DNA from: Malacoraja senta
Taxonomy: Eukaryota
DNA length: 20,413 nt
Direction of reading: 5' to 3'
Assembly: GCA_038087875.1 (NCBI GenBank)
Contig: JAXLNO010000081.1
Location: 186,001-206,413 of the forward strand
Positions 1 through 10,437 of this stretch are shown one piece after another. A program made the position numbers and the translations under genes. Position 1 is the stretch's first letter. Each line of letters begins with the position of its first letter. A model generated the notes under the pieces. That model was not told the DNA's origin. It was given only the letters and a program-made list of their open reading frames with translations, and did no database searches.

Positions 1-379
1 CACTGTCCACTTTGACTAGTGATCACCCTGTACAATATCCTACACCAGGAAACTATCCTACCAATAAACCTATCCACTCTGTCACTGCTCCGCTGTGCCA
101 CTGAAGCTACTTTCTACATTGTACAGGAATACGTAACAGCCTTGTCTCAGCTCCCTTCTACTACAGTACTTTGCAATAATCTTTGATCAATATTAGCCTG
201 AGAAAATATTCCAAACAATACCTGGTGGAACAGGTCACCGACTGGAAAGATAATCTTATCTGATCAACGGCAATTGCCAAGGCCTTGATTAAATAAATGA
301 TAAATTGCTGTAAAATGCTGGATAAGGCATGACGGCAAAACATTTGCCAGAGGTTAAAGTGTTTAAGCTTACAGTGTAG

Positions 380-775
380 GAGGTGGAGCAGGAGGAGCAG
401 TCCGTGTATCCAAAGACTTGTCCCACCAACCATTGTCCTTCGTTCTTTCCCTGCTCCCATTGCGAGAATGGTACAGAGTTTGATAGCTCGCACCACCAGA
501 CTCATGCTCAGCTACGTCCCCTCTGTTATCAGGTTTTTAAATGGTCCTTCCATAAGTTAGGGTATGGTCCGATTCACCTCTACCCCATTGTGGACATTGG
601 ACATTGTCTATAGTCCTTCCATAAGCTAGGATGTTGCCCGATTCACCTCTACCCCATTGCAGACAATGGACTCTGTCTAAATGATGTGCCACAATGCTGA
701 GAACTATATTCTCCTGTCTGTATCTTCCCTTTTGCTCTACATATTGTATTTGACTTTGACAAGATTTTATTTATA
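380..775 (+). mobile_element. Degraded Rex1/Babar-type LINE 3' end (ORF C-terminus plus 3' UTR with an internal ~69-bp tandem duplication)
   Basis: 420-545 reads with frameshifts like SHP..LFSLLP.G..YRSLIARTTRL..S..PSVIR.LN, the typical Rex1 RT-ORF C-terminus. The UTR module gtccttccataag...gattcacctctaccccattg...tgtcta occurs at 544 and 613, with a third copy near 1012-1080. Confidence 0.65.
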
Positions 776-912
776 GTTTAGTTTAGTTCAATTTATAGAT
801 ACAGCGTGGAAACGGGCCCTTCGGCCCACCGGGTCCGCGCCAACCTATCCGCACATTAACACTATCCTACATTCACTAGGGACAATTATTTTTACATTTA
901 TTAAGCCAATTA
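776..912 (-). mobile_element. HE1-like V-SINE, 3' fragment
   Basis: (TTTAG)n tail followed by gatacagcgtggaaacgggcccttcggccca, the reverse complement of the CR1-type tail. Body matches the fuller copy at 1119-1475. Confidence 0.8.
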
Positions 913-984
913 TAGTATAGTTTGGTTTATTGTTACGTGTACCAAGGAACATTGGAATTTTGTTGTTGTGTGTTATCCAGCTTC

Positions 985-1112
985 ATCCCATCTATTATCA
1001 GGCTTGTGAACAGTTCTTCCATAAGCTAGAGTTCTGTACGATTCACCTCTGCTCCATTGCTGACATTGGTCTTTGTCTATGGAACTGGTGTGCTGCCATA
1101 CTGAGAACTGCT
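985..1112 (+). mobile_element. Second Rex1-type 3' UTR fragment
   Basis: ttatcaggcttgtgaacagttcttccataagctag...gattcacctctgctccattgctgacattgg...ctgagaact aligns by eye to 525-705. Confidence 0.6.
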
Positions 1113-1118
1113 TGATTA

Positions 1119-1475
1119 CTTTAGTTGAGTTTAGTTGAGTTTAGTTGAGTTTAGTTGAGTTTAGTTTAGTTTAGTTTAGTCTGGCAATAAAGCAGGGAAA
1201 CAGACCCTTCAACCCACCAAATCCGCACCGACCAGCGATCCCCGCACATTAACACTATGCTATATTAGGGGAAACTTTTACATTTACCAAGCCAATTAGC
1301 TTACAGACCTGTACGTCTTTGGAGTGTGGGAGGAAACCGAAGTTCTCGGAGAAAATCCACGCAGGTCACGGAGGGAACGTACAAACTCCCTACAAAGAGT
1401 ACCCATAGTCAAGATTGAACCCAGGTCTCTGGCGCTGTGAGGCAGCAAAAGTACCGCTGCGCCACTGTGATGCCC
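1119..1475 (-). mobile_element. Full-length tRNA-derived V-SINE (HE1-like)
   Basis: Minus strand has A box TGGCGCAGCGG (1454-1464), B box GGTTCAATC (1413-1421), the V-domain motif ggtttcctcccacactccaaagacgtac, a CR1-like tail and a (CTAAA/CTCAA)n microsatellite at 1119-1180. Confidence 0.9.
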
Positions 1476-1577
1476 CTCTTCTGGAACAGAATGCAGAGAG
1501 TCGCCACGTTCCAGCGCCATCTTGCAAATTCCAAGACATTGAAAAATCTGATCTTGCTCAAGGAGATTTGCAAGTTC

Positions 1578-2125
1578 GAATATTCTCGCTGTTGTTTTCA
1601 GATCTGGGCACCATGTTGCAGGAAAGATGTTGTCAAGTGTGAAAGGGTACAGAGAAGATTTACAAAGTCGTTGCCAGGACTCGAGGGTCTGAGCTATAGG
1701 AGAGGTTGAGCAGGCTGGGACTCTATTCCATGGAGCGCAGGAGGATGAGGGGGTGATCTTTTCGAGGTGTTTAAAATCATGAGAGGAATAGATCAGGCAG
1801 ATGCACAGAGCCTCTTGCCTAGAGTAGGTGAATCGAGGACCAGAGTGCATAGATTTAAGTAGTAGGGGTTCTTAATAGAAATCTGAGAGGTAATTTTTTT
1901 ATACAAAAGTTAACGGGTGTATGGAACATGCTGCTAGAGGAGGTAGTTGAGGCAGGAGCTATCCCAACATTTAAGAAACTGTTAGATAAGTACATGCATA
2001 GGGCATATTTGCAGGGATATGGACCAAACGCAGGCAGGTGGGAATAGTGTAGCTGGGACATGTTGGCGGGTGTGGGCAAATTGGGCCGAAGGGCCTGTTT
2101 CCACGCTCTATCACTCTATGACTCT
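1578..2125 (+). mobile_element. CR1 LINE 3' fragment
   Basis: Translation ..QIWAPCCRKDVVKCERVQRRFTKSLPGLEGLSY.., then gaggatgagggggtgatct (RRMRGDL). Ends in gggccgaagggcctgtttcc...ctctatgactct. Confidence 0.9.
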
Positions 2126-2391
2126 GTAAGGTCTGATGACCAGGCAGCACCGGATGGATGAAGTAGGGGTGGGCCTGGGGCAGCGCGATGCCGTCGACTC
2201 AGTGTTTCCACTTTGAAGGAAATGGTTGTATTTGGGTAATTTTAGCGAAATGGAATCATTTCGGGAAATTTCCGCATCCGGCCAGCGAAGCGGTGTAAAG
2301 GTAATACATACAGCACTGCCGGTTTGGCGCTCAAAGTTTTAAATAGAGTGTAGTCAGTTTAACGCATGGGAATTTAAACAAAGAGCTGTCG

Positions 2392-2480
2392 GCTGCAGCG
2401 CAATGGGTTCTAAATATAGCGCTACCAGTTGCAGCGCTATGGGCTTTAAACATAGTGCTATGGCCACAGCGCTATGGGTC
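2392..2480. repeat. Degenerate ~36-bp tandem repeat, about 2.5 copies
   Basis: gctgcagcgcaatgggttctaaatatagcgcta / gttgcagcgctatgggctttaaacatagtgcta / gccacagcgctatgggt. Confidence 0.6.
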
Positions 2481-2511
2481 ACAGACTGGTTGGGAAAATT
2501 CTCATATAACA

Positions 2512-2690
2512 ATGAGTCTTTGGAATTCTCTTTCTCAGTGGAAGTTGAGCCTTTGAATATTTTTCAGATAGTGGTAGAATTCTGGATAAGCCTAGTGGTG
2601 AAAAGTTACCAGTGGCCGGTGGGATTGCAGTTACATTGGAATTGGCCATGAATTTACAGAACGGTGGGTGGGCTCAAGGGGCTGAGAGGG
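2512..2690 (+). mobile_element. Old CR1 3' fragment
   Basis: gagtctttggaattctctt...gtggaagttgagcctttgaatatttt...gccatga...gggctcaaggggctgagagg resembles the CR1 end (LWNSL..VEA.SL.IFK) and its tail. Confidence 0.6.
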
Positions 2691-3210
2691 GCCGAGAGGG
2701 AGAGAAGGAGAGAATTAAGTGTGGAGAGAGGGAGAGAGAGAGAGGGGGGGCCAGAGAGAGGGAGGGGTGGAGAGAGGGTGGAGAGAGGGAGTGGTGGAGA
2801 GAGGGAGAGACGGAGAGGAGGGAGAGGGGAGGGAGAGTGGGATAGAAGGGGGAGAAAGGGAGAATGAGGGAGGGAGAGAATAAAGGGGGAGTGGAAGGGA
2901 GAGGAGGGATGGAGAGTGGGAGGGAAAGAGGGAGGGAGAGAGGGAGGGTGAGAGGGAGTCGGAGGAAGGGGGTGGGGGAGTGAGAAGGAGGGGAGAGGGA
3001 GAGGGAAGGAGGGGAGAGAGAGAGAGGGAGGGGGCGAGGGAGGGAGGGAAAGGAGGAGGAAGGGATTGAGGGAGGGAGGGATTGAGGGAGGGAGGGATTG
3101 AGGGAGGGAGGGAGGAGGGAGGGAGGGAGGGAGGGAGGGAGGGAGGGAGGGAGGGAGGGAGGGAGGGAGGGAGGGAGGGAGGAGGGAAGGAGGGAGGGAG
3201 AGCAGAGACA
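2690..3210. repeat. Polypurine (G/A) low-complexity tract with (GGGA)n core
   Basis: About 520 bp almost entirely G/A on the + strand, with near-perfect (GGGA)n from about 3100 to 3180. Confidence 0.95.
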
Positions 3211-3781
3211 GACTAATGAGAGCAGGTTGTAAAAAAGAAGACAACGAAAGCTGTTGGATGCAACGAAAGCTGCCTTGCATAACATTGTGCAAGTGAGTAA
3301 CAGAAGCAGGCAGATATGGTGTAGTTACATAGATCTATTTTGCATTGTTCTTCTTTGTATTGTTTACGTGTGGCCGCAAAAAAAAAAAAAAATAGCACGC
3401 AGGAAGCATTTTTGAAAATTTCAGGAAATACCATCAAATTCCAGGAAATTTGGGATTCTATTTAAGGAATTCTTTTTTTGAGGTGTGAAAGCACTTTGTT
3501 GGCTCCTTGCACTGCCGTTCCATGCCGTCATCACAGGCTGCACTCGATCCCCTCGCTCGCCCGGCTGCTGTAGGGCCGCCTCCACCAACACCACCACCCA
3601 TGACAACTACAAAAGCACCGCCCATCGCCTCTGGCACCCGCCCCTCAGTCAGTGCGCCGAGGTCCCGGCGCCTCATTTCTTGACTCCATTGCGATATTTC
3701 AAGGCACTTTCCAAGGGCATGGATGTGTAAGATAGAACCAGGTAATACAATCCTGGTTCTATCTGGGGAGGGGGGAGGGGT

Positions 3782-4190
3782 TCAGTCTACTCCAAGACAG
3801 AAGGGGGAGGATTTGTACAATTTGATAGCCACTGGGAAGAAGGGTCTCCTATGGCGTTCTGTGCTGCATCTTGATGGAAACAGTCTGTTGCTGAAGGTGC
3901 TCCTCAGATTGACCGATGTGTCATGGATGGGGTGAATTGTATTCTCCAGAATGCTCCGCAGCTTGAGGAACATCCTGTCTGCCGCCAGCCTTCTCTGCCC
4001 CCATCCCCGCCTCCAGCCTTCCTGATGAATTTATTGATCATATTGGCATCTGCACCCTTCGCCCTGCTGCACCAGCACACGGCAGCGAAGAAGATGGCTC
4101 TGGCTACCACCAATTGGTAAAGCATCTGAAGGCTCTTAGTGCAGACGTTGAAGCAGAGCCTTCTCAAAAAGTACAGCTGGCTCTGCCCTT
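3782..4190 (-). mobile_element. Rex1/Babar LINE 3' ORF fragment (frameshifted)
   Basis: ORFs KKGQSQLYFLRRL.FNVCTKSLQMLYQLVVARAIFFAAVCW..INKFIRKAG and ..HPIHD..RSTFSNRL..RCSTERHRRPFFPVAIKLY match the Rex1-type C-terminus. Confidence 0.85.
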
Positions 4191-4239
4191 TTTTCTCTCT
4201 ACCCATTCACTCCCCTTTGTTCCCTTCGTCCCTTAATAA

Positions 4240-5628
4240 TAGAAACATAGAAACATAGAAAATAGGTGCAGGAGTAGGCCATTCGGCCCTTCGAGCCTGC
4301 ACCGCCATTCAATATGATCATGGCTGATCATCCAACTCAGTATCCTGTACCTGCCTTCTCTCCATACCCCCTGATCCCTTTCGCCACAAGGGCCACATCT
4401 AATTCCCTCTTAAATATAGCCAATGATCTGGCCTCAACTACTTTCTGTGGCAAAGAATTCCACAGATTCACCACTCTTTGCGCGAAAAAAAAAATTCTCA
4501 TCTCGGTCCTAAAAGACTTCCCCCTTATCCTTAAACTGTGACCCCTTGTTCTGGACTTCCCCAACATCGGGAACAATCTTCCTGCATCTAGCCTGTCCAA
4601 CCCCTTAAGAATTTTGTACGTTTCTATAAGATCCCCCCTCAATCTAAATTCTAGCGAGGGCAAGCCGAGTCTATCCAGTCTTTCTTCATATGAAAGTCCT
4701 GCCATCCCAGGAATCTGTCTGGTGAATCTTCTCTGTACTCCCTCTATGGTAAGTATGTCTTTCCTCAGATTAGGAGACCAAAACTGTACGCAATACTCCA
4801 GGTGTGGTCTCACCAAGGCCCTGTACAACTGCAGTAGAACATCCCTGCTCCTATACACAAATCCTTTTGCTATGAATGCTAACGTACCATTCCCTTTCTT
4901 CACTGCATGCTGCACCTGGACGCCTACTTTCAATGACTGATGTACCATGACACCCAGATCTCGTTGCATCTCCCCTTTTCCTAATCGGCCACCATTCAGA
5001 TAATAGTCTACTTTCCTGTTCTTCCCACCAAAGTGGATAACCTCACATTTATCCACATTATACTGCATCTGCCATGCATTTGCCCACTCACCCAACCTAT
5101 CCGTCACCTTGCAGCCTGCTAGCATCCTCCTCACAGCTAAAACTGCTTCCCAGCTTCGTGTCATCCACAAACTTGGAGATGTTGCATTCAATTCCCTCAT
5201 CCAAATCATTAATATATATTGTAAATAGCTGGGGTCCCAGCACTGAGCCTTGCGGTACCTCACTAGTCACTGCCTGCCATTCTGAAAAGGACCCGTTTAC
5301 TCCTACTCTTTGCTTCCTGTCTGCCAGCCAGTTCTCTATCCACATCAATACTGAACCCCCAATACTGTGTGCTTTAAGTTTGTATATTAATCTCTTATGT
5401 GGGACCTTGTCGAAAGCCTTCTGGAAGTCCAGATATAACACATCCACTGGTTCTCCCTTATCCACTCTACTAGTTACATCCTCGAAAAATTCTATAAGAT
5501 TCATCAGACATGATTTACCTTTCATAAATCCATGCTGACTTTGTCCAATGATTTCACCACTTTCCAAATGTGCTGCTTTCCCATCTTTAATAACTGACTC
5601 TAGCATTTTCCCCACTACCGATGTTAGA
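4240..5628 (-). mobile_element. 5'-truncated, relatively young CR1 LINE
   Basis: RT motifs QHGFMKGKSCLMNL, VLYLDFQKAFDKVPH, VPQGSVLGPQLF, SKFVDDTKL, then (after one frameshift near 5100) WQMQYNVDKCEVIH..RPHLEYCVQFW..RVVNLWNSLP. Tail (AGAAACAT)n at 4240-4262. Confidence 0.95.
4337..5627 (-). pseudogene. CR1 ORF2 reverse transcriptase, 5'-truncated, one frameshift, FADD changed to FVDD
   Basis: Joined from ORFs 5097..5615 and the C-terminal part of 4337..5263. Confidence 0.9.
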
Positions 5629-5645
5629 CCAGCTCTCTCCCAGAT

Positions 5646-5748
5646 TATCCCTAGTGTGTGAAGGATAGTGTCTGTGTGCGGGGATCACTGGTTGGCACAG
5701 ACTCGTTGGACCGAAGGGCCTGTTTCCGCGCTGTATCTCTAAACTATA
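5646..5748 (+). mobile_element. HE1-like SINE 3' fragment
   Basis: ccctagtgtgtg..ggatagtgt..gtgcggggatcactggttggcacagactcgttggaccgaagggcctgtttccgcgctgtatctctaaact matches the reverse complement of the SINEs at 776-912 and 1119-1300. Confidence 0.8.
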
Positions 5749-5807
5749 CTCAACAAAACGATAGAGGATCTATTGCACTCATGTACAATATGATTTATTG
5801 ATTAGTA

Positions 5808-6170
5808 CAGGAGTCAGAGGTTATCGGGAGAAGGCATGAGAATGGGGTTAAGAGGGAGTGATAGATCAGCCATGATTGAATGGCAGAGTGGCCTAATTCT
5901 ACCCCTATTCCTTATGACATAGCAAGCATAGCAAGCAGAATAAGATTTTGTCTGAAACTTGGTACAATAATAAATTAAACTAAACTCAAGCTGTAGGCAA
6001 TTTTGGGGCCCATATCTGAGGAGGGATGTGCTGGCGTTGGATAGGATCCAGAGGAGGTTTACCAGAATTGTCCCAAGATGATTGGGTTTAAGAGTCAAGA
6101 ACATTTTATTGTCACATGTCCCAAAATGGAACAATGAAATTCTCATATGCAGCAGCACAACAGATTACAG
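5808..6170. mobile_element. Patchwork of short LINE fragments: CR1 3' end (+, 5808-5918), CR1 ORF piece (+, 5993-6090), Rex1-type tail (-, 6090-6165)
   Basis: ggttatcgggagaaggca..gatcagccatgattgaatggc matches the CR1 tail at 4270-4370 in opposite orientation. QFWGPYLRRDVLALDRIQRRFTRIVP is CR1-like. The minus strand reads gaatttcattgttccattttgggacatgtgacaataaaa. Confidence 0.7.
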
Positions 6171-6334
6171 GGAATATATTTTAAATATCCTTTCTTGAGT
6201 CACTGAAAGTAAACACTTTCTAATATTATTTATTGAAGTCCATTTCAACTAACTCAGCTGCTATGATAACCCCTTACATAACTCTATATCTCATCTGTGG
6301 CATCACAATTTTGCGATGTCAGAGAGGATTCATT

Positions 6335-6627
6335 TGAACATCTTCAGGTGTTGAATGGTTACATCGCAGCCTGTTTCGGCAACTTGAACGAAGAAGACTG
6401 TAAAAAGTCGGCAACACTACCCAGTCCATCATGGGCACTTACCTCCACACCATTGAAGGGATTTACAGGAGGCGCTGCCTCAAAAAGGCAGCCAGCTTCG
6501 TCAGAGACCCACACCACCCTGCCCACACTTCCATTTCACTTCTGCCATTGGGAAGAAGGTACAGGAGCCTGAAAACTGTAACATCCAGGTTCAGGAACAG
6601 CTTCTTCCCTACAACCATTAGGCTATT
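6335..6627 (+). mobile_element. Rex1/Babar LINE 3' ORF fragment, left part (outermost layer of the nest)
   Basis: ORF 6431 reads IYRRRCLKKAASFVRDPHHPAHTSISLLPLGRRYRSLKTVTSRFRNSFFPTTIRL and resumes as LN-TTT at 18868 (ctattaaacact). Confidence 0.9.
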
Positions 6628-6873
6628 CTACTGGTTGGCGCTAGCAATGGCTGCATCTCCAACAGTCTGTCCTTTACTTCTTTCTGTTTTAATAGTATGT
6701 GTTAAATGTATGCTTTAGTGTTCTTTAGCTTGTTTTATGTGGGGGATGGGGGGTGAGCGGGGGGTTTGGGGAAACTGTTTCTAATCTCTTAGCTCGACGG
6801 AGATGCAATTTTTTTCCGTACCATATCTCCGTCCGCACTGTGGCCTAACATCGAGGAGTTTGCGGCCTTTGCT
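6628..6873 (+). mobile_element. GC-rich non-autonomous retroelement, 5' part (copy A; 3' part at 18488-18867)
   Basis: CTATT is duplicated at 6623-6627 and 18868-18872. The rejoined junction gcggcctttgct|ggagaccgattttgag matches the uninterrupted copy at about 19990-20020 on the minus strand (gcggcattgctcaagactaactttgag). Confidence 0.8.
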
Positions 6874-7034
6874 CACGGAAACTGTCTAATAATCTAATAC
6901 ACGTGGTGCATACGACCCCCCGTGACTGACTAATTAATTCATCCCCACATGCTGGCCATGATCTGGGACATACCTACGGCCACAGTCCAAGGCCACAAAC
7001 ACTCCCTCCCCCTCTGCTCTGGCCCAGCCCGCTG

Positions 7035-8786
7035 ATGTTTCAGATAAAAACTGTAATTCTTCCCCAATTTGTACATCGGCTCTCTGAACAACCACTCACT
7101 AATGGCACTCATGACTCTTTACAGGACAAGCCGGCGCCCTGTGTACCAAAATCTTCCTCAATTTCTGTCTTGATAGGTAATAGAAAAAGAATGGTGACTC
7201 CGCTCAGAAACAAGAAGCACTCAACTGCAAATGTATCAAATTTAGCATCCATTCCACAGCCCGTCCCAAAAAATGGGACAGATAATGCTTTTAACACAGT
7301 AAAGCTATCTTTATTAAATGTCCGGTCTTTGGCAGGAAAATCTTTTTTAATCAACGATTTCATTATTAAGCACAATTTTCATTTTATGTTTTTAACTGAA
7401 ACTTGGTTGGACCAAAATAACAGTGCAGCTGTTCAGATCGAGTCAACCCCTCCCAACTCAGTTTTATGAATAAGGCTAGAGTGGATAAGAAAGGAGGTGG
7501 AGTTGCCAAAATGACTCACTCCGATGCAAGCAGATATCTTACGAAAATTTTGCTTCTTTTGCATATGTGGCTCTTCAGCTGAGTTCATCCTCTCGAGGAG
7601 CTATTTTCCTAAATATCTACAGGCCCCCTAAATACTGTGCAAGCTTCTTTGGTGAGTTTACTGAACTGCTGTCTATAATATGTATTGACTTTGATTGTGT
7701 AGTTATTGTTGGTGATTTTAACATTCATGTTGACAACTCCCGGGACAGAGGGACTAAAGAACTCTGTTGTGTTCTTGATAACTACGGACTGACTCAGCAT
7801 GCGACAGAGCCCACACACAATCTGGACTTAATTATCTCCAAGGGTCTGAACATTTCCAAGATTGTGGTGACTGATGTTGCTCTCTCTGATCATTCCTGTT
7901 TTTTCTTTGACAGCACTATCTCCGTGCACACTGCTGTTCAAAAAGAGATAGTCACTAAATGGTATATGTCTGAAAACACCAGTGAAACATTTGTTCAGCT
8001 TTTCCCTTCCACACTCACCCCCTCTTGGGTCTCAGTCAATGAGCTTGTACATCATTTCAATTGCAAAATTACAAATGTTATTGATGCTATTGCACCGACT
8101 AAGGTGAAGGCTGTCTAAGAAAAGATCTCCATGGAGAAATGCCACGCTGGTAAGAACAGGAAAAAGAGTGTTGAAAAGCTGAACGCAGGTGGCGAAAAAA
8201 ACAAATCTCTAAACTACGACATCTTTGGGGAAAGACTTCGCATTTATGGCTTAGAGCTGAGAAATGCAAGGCGGTCCGTCTTCTCTGACATCATCGGCAA
8301 AAACAATAATAATTATTTGCTATTGTCAACAGGCTAACAAACCCTCCTGTGTCAGTCGCCTCTGAAATGCTTTCCACCAGGGCCTGCAATGAATTTGCCT
8401 CCTTCTTCACTGACAATATTCGGAAAATTAGACAAGCAATCAGTGCCTCCATATAGGGTACAGGAGGTGTGTCATCAGTGTGTCCACGTAAAACCAATTA
8501 AAATGACAATTTTGTGCAACAATCCGTAAAATCCTGGAGGACATTATACAACATTTGAAATCCTCCTCCTGCTGCCCTGATATTCTGCCAACAGGATTTT
8601 TCAAAAATGTTTCAAATTATTTGGCCTCAGATCAACTACAAATTGTAAACATGTCTCTTCTCTCAGGTGTCTTCCCAAAGGCCCTGAAAACTGCAGTCAT
8701 CCAGCCACTCTTAAAAAAGATAAATCTAGACACGTCACTAATGTGCAATTACAGGCCCATATCAAACCTTCCATTTTGAAGTAAAA
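7035..8786 (+). pseudogene. L2 ORF2 segment 1 (APE endonuclease and N-terminal RT), multiple frameshifts
   Basis: ORFs 7035..7469, 7567..8118 and 8555..8779. Ends in ...PF*SK and resumes at 13990 as IIEKAV. Confidence 0.9.
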
Positions 8787-8794
8787 TTAGACTG

Positions 8795-8813
8795 TGGGAC
8801 CCGTTGGGTCCCA
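8795..8813 (-). terminator. Helitron 3' subterminal hairpin (rolling-circle termination signal)
   Basis: Perfect 8-bp stem TGGGACCC/GGGTCCCA with a 3-nt loop, 4 nt from the terminal CTAA (CTRR). Confidence 0.85.
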
Positions 8814-8980
8814 TGTTCACATGGGAGGGCTGGTCCCCCAACGCAATATTCCACCTCTCCACCAATTCCAATATTGGTGGCCAGTGGGAGGGGGGGGGGC
8901 TTTCTGGAGAGCTAGCATGGGTGCTCTGGGACTGGTTTCCAGAGGGCTAGTATGGACATTGTGGGTCGAATGAATTCTTG

Positions 8981-9294
8981 GTCTGGCAGCTCAGTCACTC
9001 AGGCCTGGTGGGCTGACAGCAAAGTCACTCGGGCCTAGTGGGCGGGCAGCTCAGTCACTCAGGCCTGGTGGTCTGGCAGCTCAGTCACTCAGGCCTGGTG
9101 GGCAGGCAGCTCAGTCAATCAGGCCTGGTGGGCTGGCAGCTCAGTCACTCATGCCTGTTGGGCTGGAAGCTCAGTCGCTCTGGCCTGGTGGGCTGGCAGC
9201 TCAGTCACTCAGGGCTGGTGGGCTGGCAGCTTAGTCATTCAGGGCTGGTGGGCTGGCAGATCAGTCACTCAGGGCTGGTAGGCTGGTAGCTCAG
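8981..9294. repeat. 30-bp minisatellite, about 10.5 copies, inside the Helitron
   Basis: Unit ggctggcagctcagtcactcaggcctggtg repeats in exact 30-bp register from 8981. Confidence 0.95.
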
Positions 9295-9736
9295 AAACTG
9301 CCAGAAATTTTGCACAAAACAGGTGAGAGACTCTGTGAGAGAGAAGGGGAAGAGGGTGGAGAATCAATTTAAGACATTTTTCATCTTTATCTGCAGATCA
9401 AATCAATGAAGGAGAAAGTCTATCCAAGCCTGGATCTCACAGGGAGCAAATGAAGGTAGGGAGAAAAATACTGGGGTGAGGTTTAATACTTGCAGGGGGA
9501 ATATTTACTGATGGGCCGAAGGGACTCCTCCTGGGCTAGTATGCCTGATGGGCCGAAGAAAAAAAAAAGAAACAAGTGAAATCTCAGTGAAAGTCACTTT
9601 GTCTGGACTTTTCCTGGCCTGGCACGGGCCTTTTGGGCCAAAATGCTCCTCCTGTGCTAATATGGGTGTTTTGGGCAAAAGGGACTGATTTCTAGGCTAA
9701 TAAGGGCCTTGTGGGCCGAAATGAGTGGTTTCGGGT

Positions 9737-10437
9737 AGGCCAAACAACTCATTTCATTTCCATTTCAAGCACAGTGCAAGGCCAACAAGTCATTTCATTT
9801 CCATTTCAAGCATGGTGCAAGGCCAACAACTAATTTATTTTCCATTTCAAGCACAGTGCAAGGCCAACAACTCATTTGATTTCCATTTCAAGCACAGTGT
9901 TAGGCCAGCAACTCATTTCATTTCCATTTCAAGCAAACTGCAAGGAAAACAACTCCTTTCATTTCCATTTCAAGCACAGTGCAAGGCCAACAACTAATTT
10001 CATTTTCATTTCATTCACAGTGCAAGGTCAACAACTTATTTCATTTCCATTTAAAGCACAACGCAAGGCCAACATCTCATTTCATTTCCATTTCAAGCAC
10101 AATGCAACGCCAACAAATCGTTTAATTTTCATTTCAAGCACAGTGCAAGGCCAACAACTCATTTCATTTCCATTTCAAGCACAGTGCAAGACAAACAACT
10201 CATTTTATTTCCATTTCAAGTACAGTCCAAGGCCAACAACTCATTCCATTTCCATTTCAAGCACAGTACAAGGCCAACAACTCATTTGTTTTCTATTTCA
10301 TGCACAGTGCAAGGCCAACAACTCATTTCATTTCCATTTCAAGCACGGTTTAAGGCCAACAACTTATTTCATTTCCATTTCAAGCACAGTGCAAGGCCAA
10401 CAACTCCTTTCTTTTCCATTTCAAGTACAGTGCAAGG
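9737..10437. repeat. 41-bp satellite array, left arm (about 17 units)
   Basis: Unit aggccaacaactcatttcatttccatttcaagcacagtgca; ggcc starts at 9780, 9821, 9862 and onward. Confidence 0.97.

Noticed and set aside
161..505. 114-aa minus-strand ORF
   Set aside because: It runs from an antisense Rex1 fragment into unique DNA and has no recognisable protein features.
1410..1475. tRNA gene suggested by A and B boxes (also 19173-19216)
   Set aside because: These are SINE heads without a complete cloverleaf; the 1410-1475 copy continues into a V-domain and a LINE-like tail.
1481..1574. Short inverted repeats (ctggaac/gttccag; cttgcaaat/atttgcaag) around a CGCCATCTTG motif
   Set aside because: Stems are only 7-9 bp with no TSD or second copy, so they cannot be distinguished from chance.
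2612..3292. Pro/Ser/Leu-rich and Gly/Arg/Glu-rich ORFs
   Set aside because: Artefacts of the low-complexity polypurine tract.
4337..5263. 308-aa ORF as an intact gene
   Set aside because: Its N-terminus is an off-frame reading of CR1 RT; the element is 5'-truncated and frameshifted.
9038..9289. ORF with repeated WQLSHSGLVG
   Set aside because: In-frame translation of the 30-bp minisatellite, with no splice or homology support.
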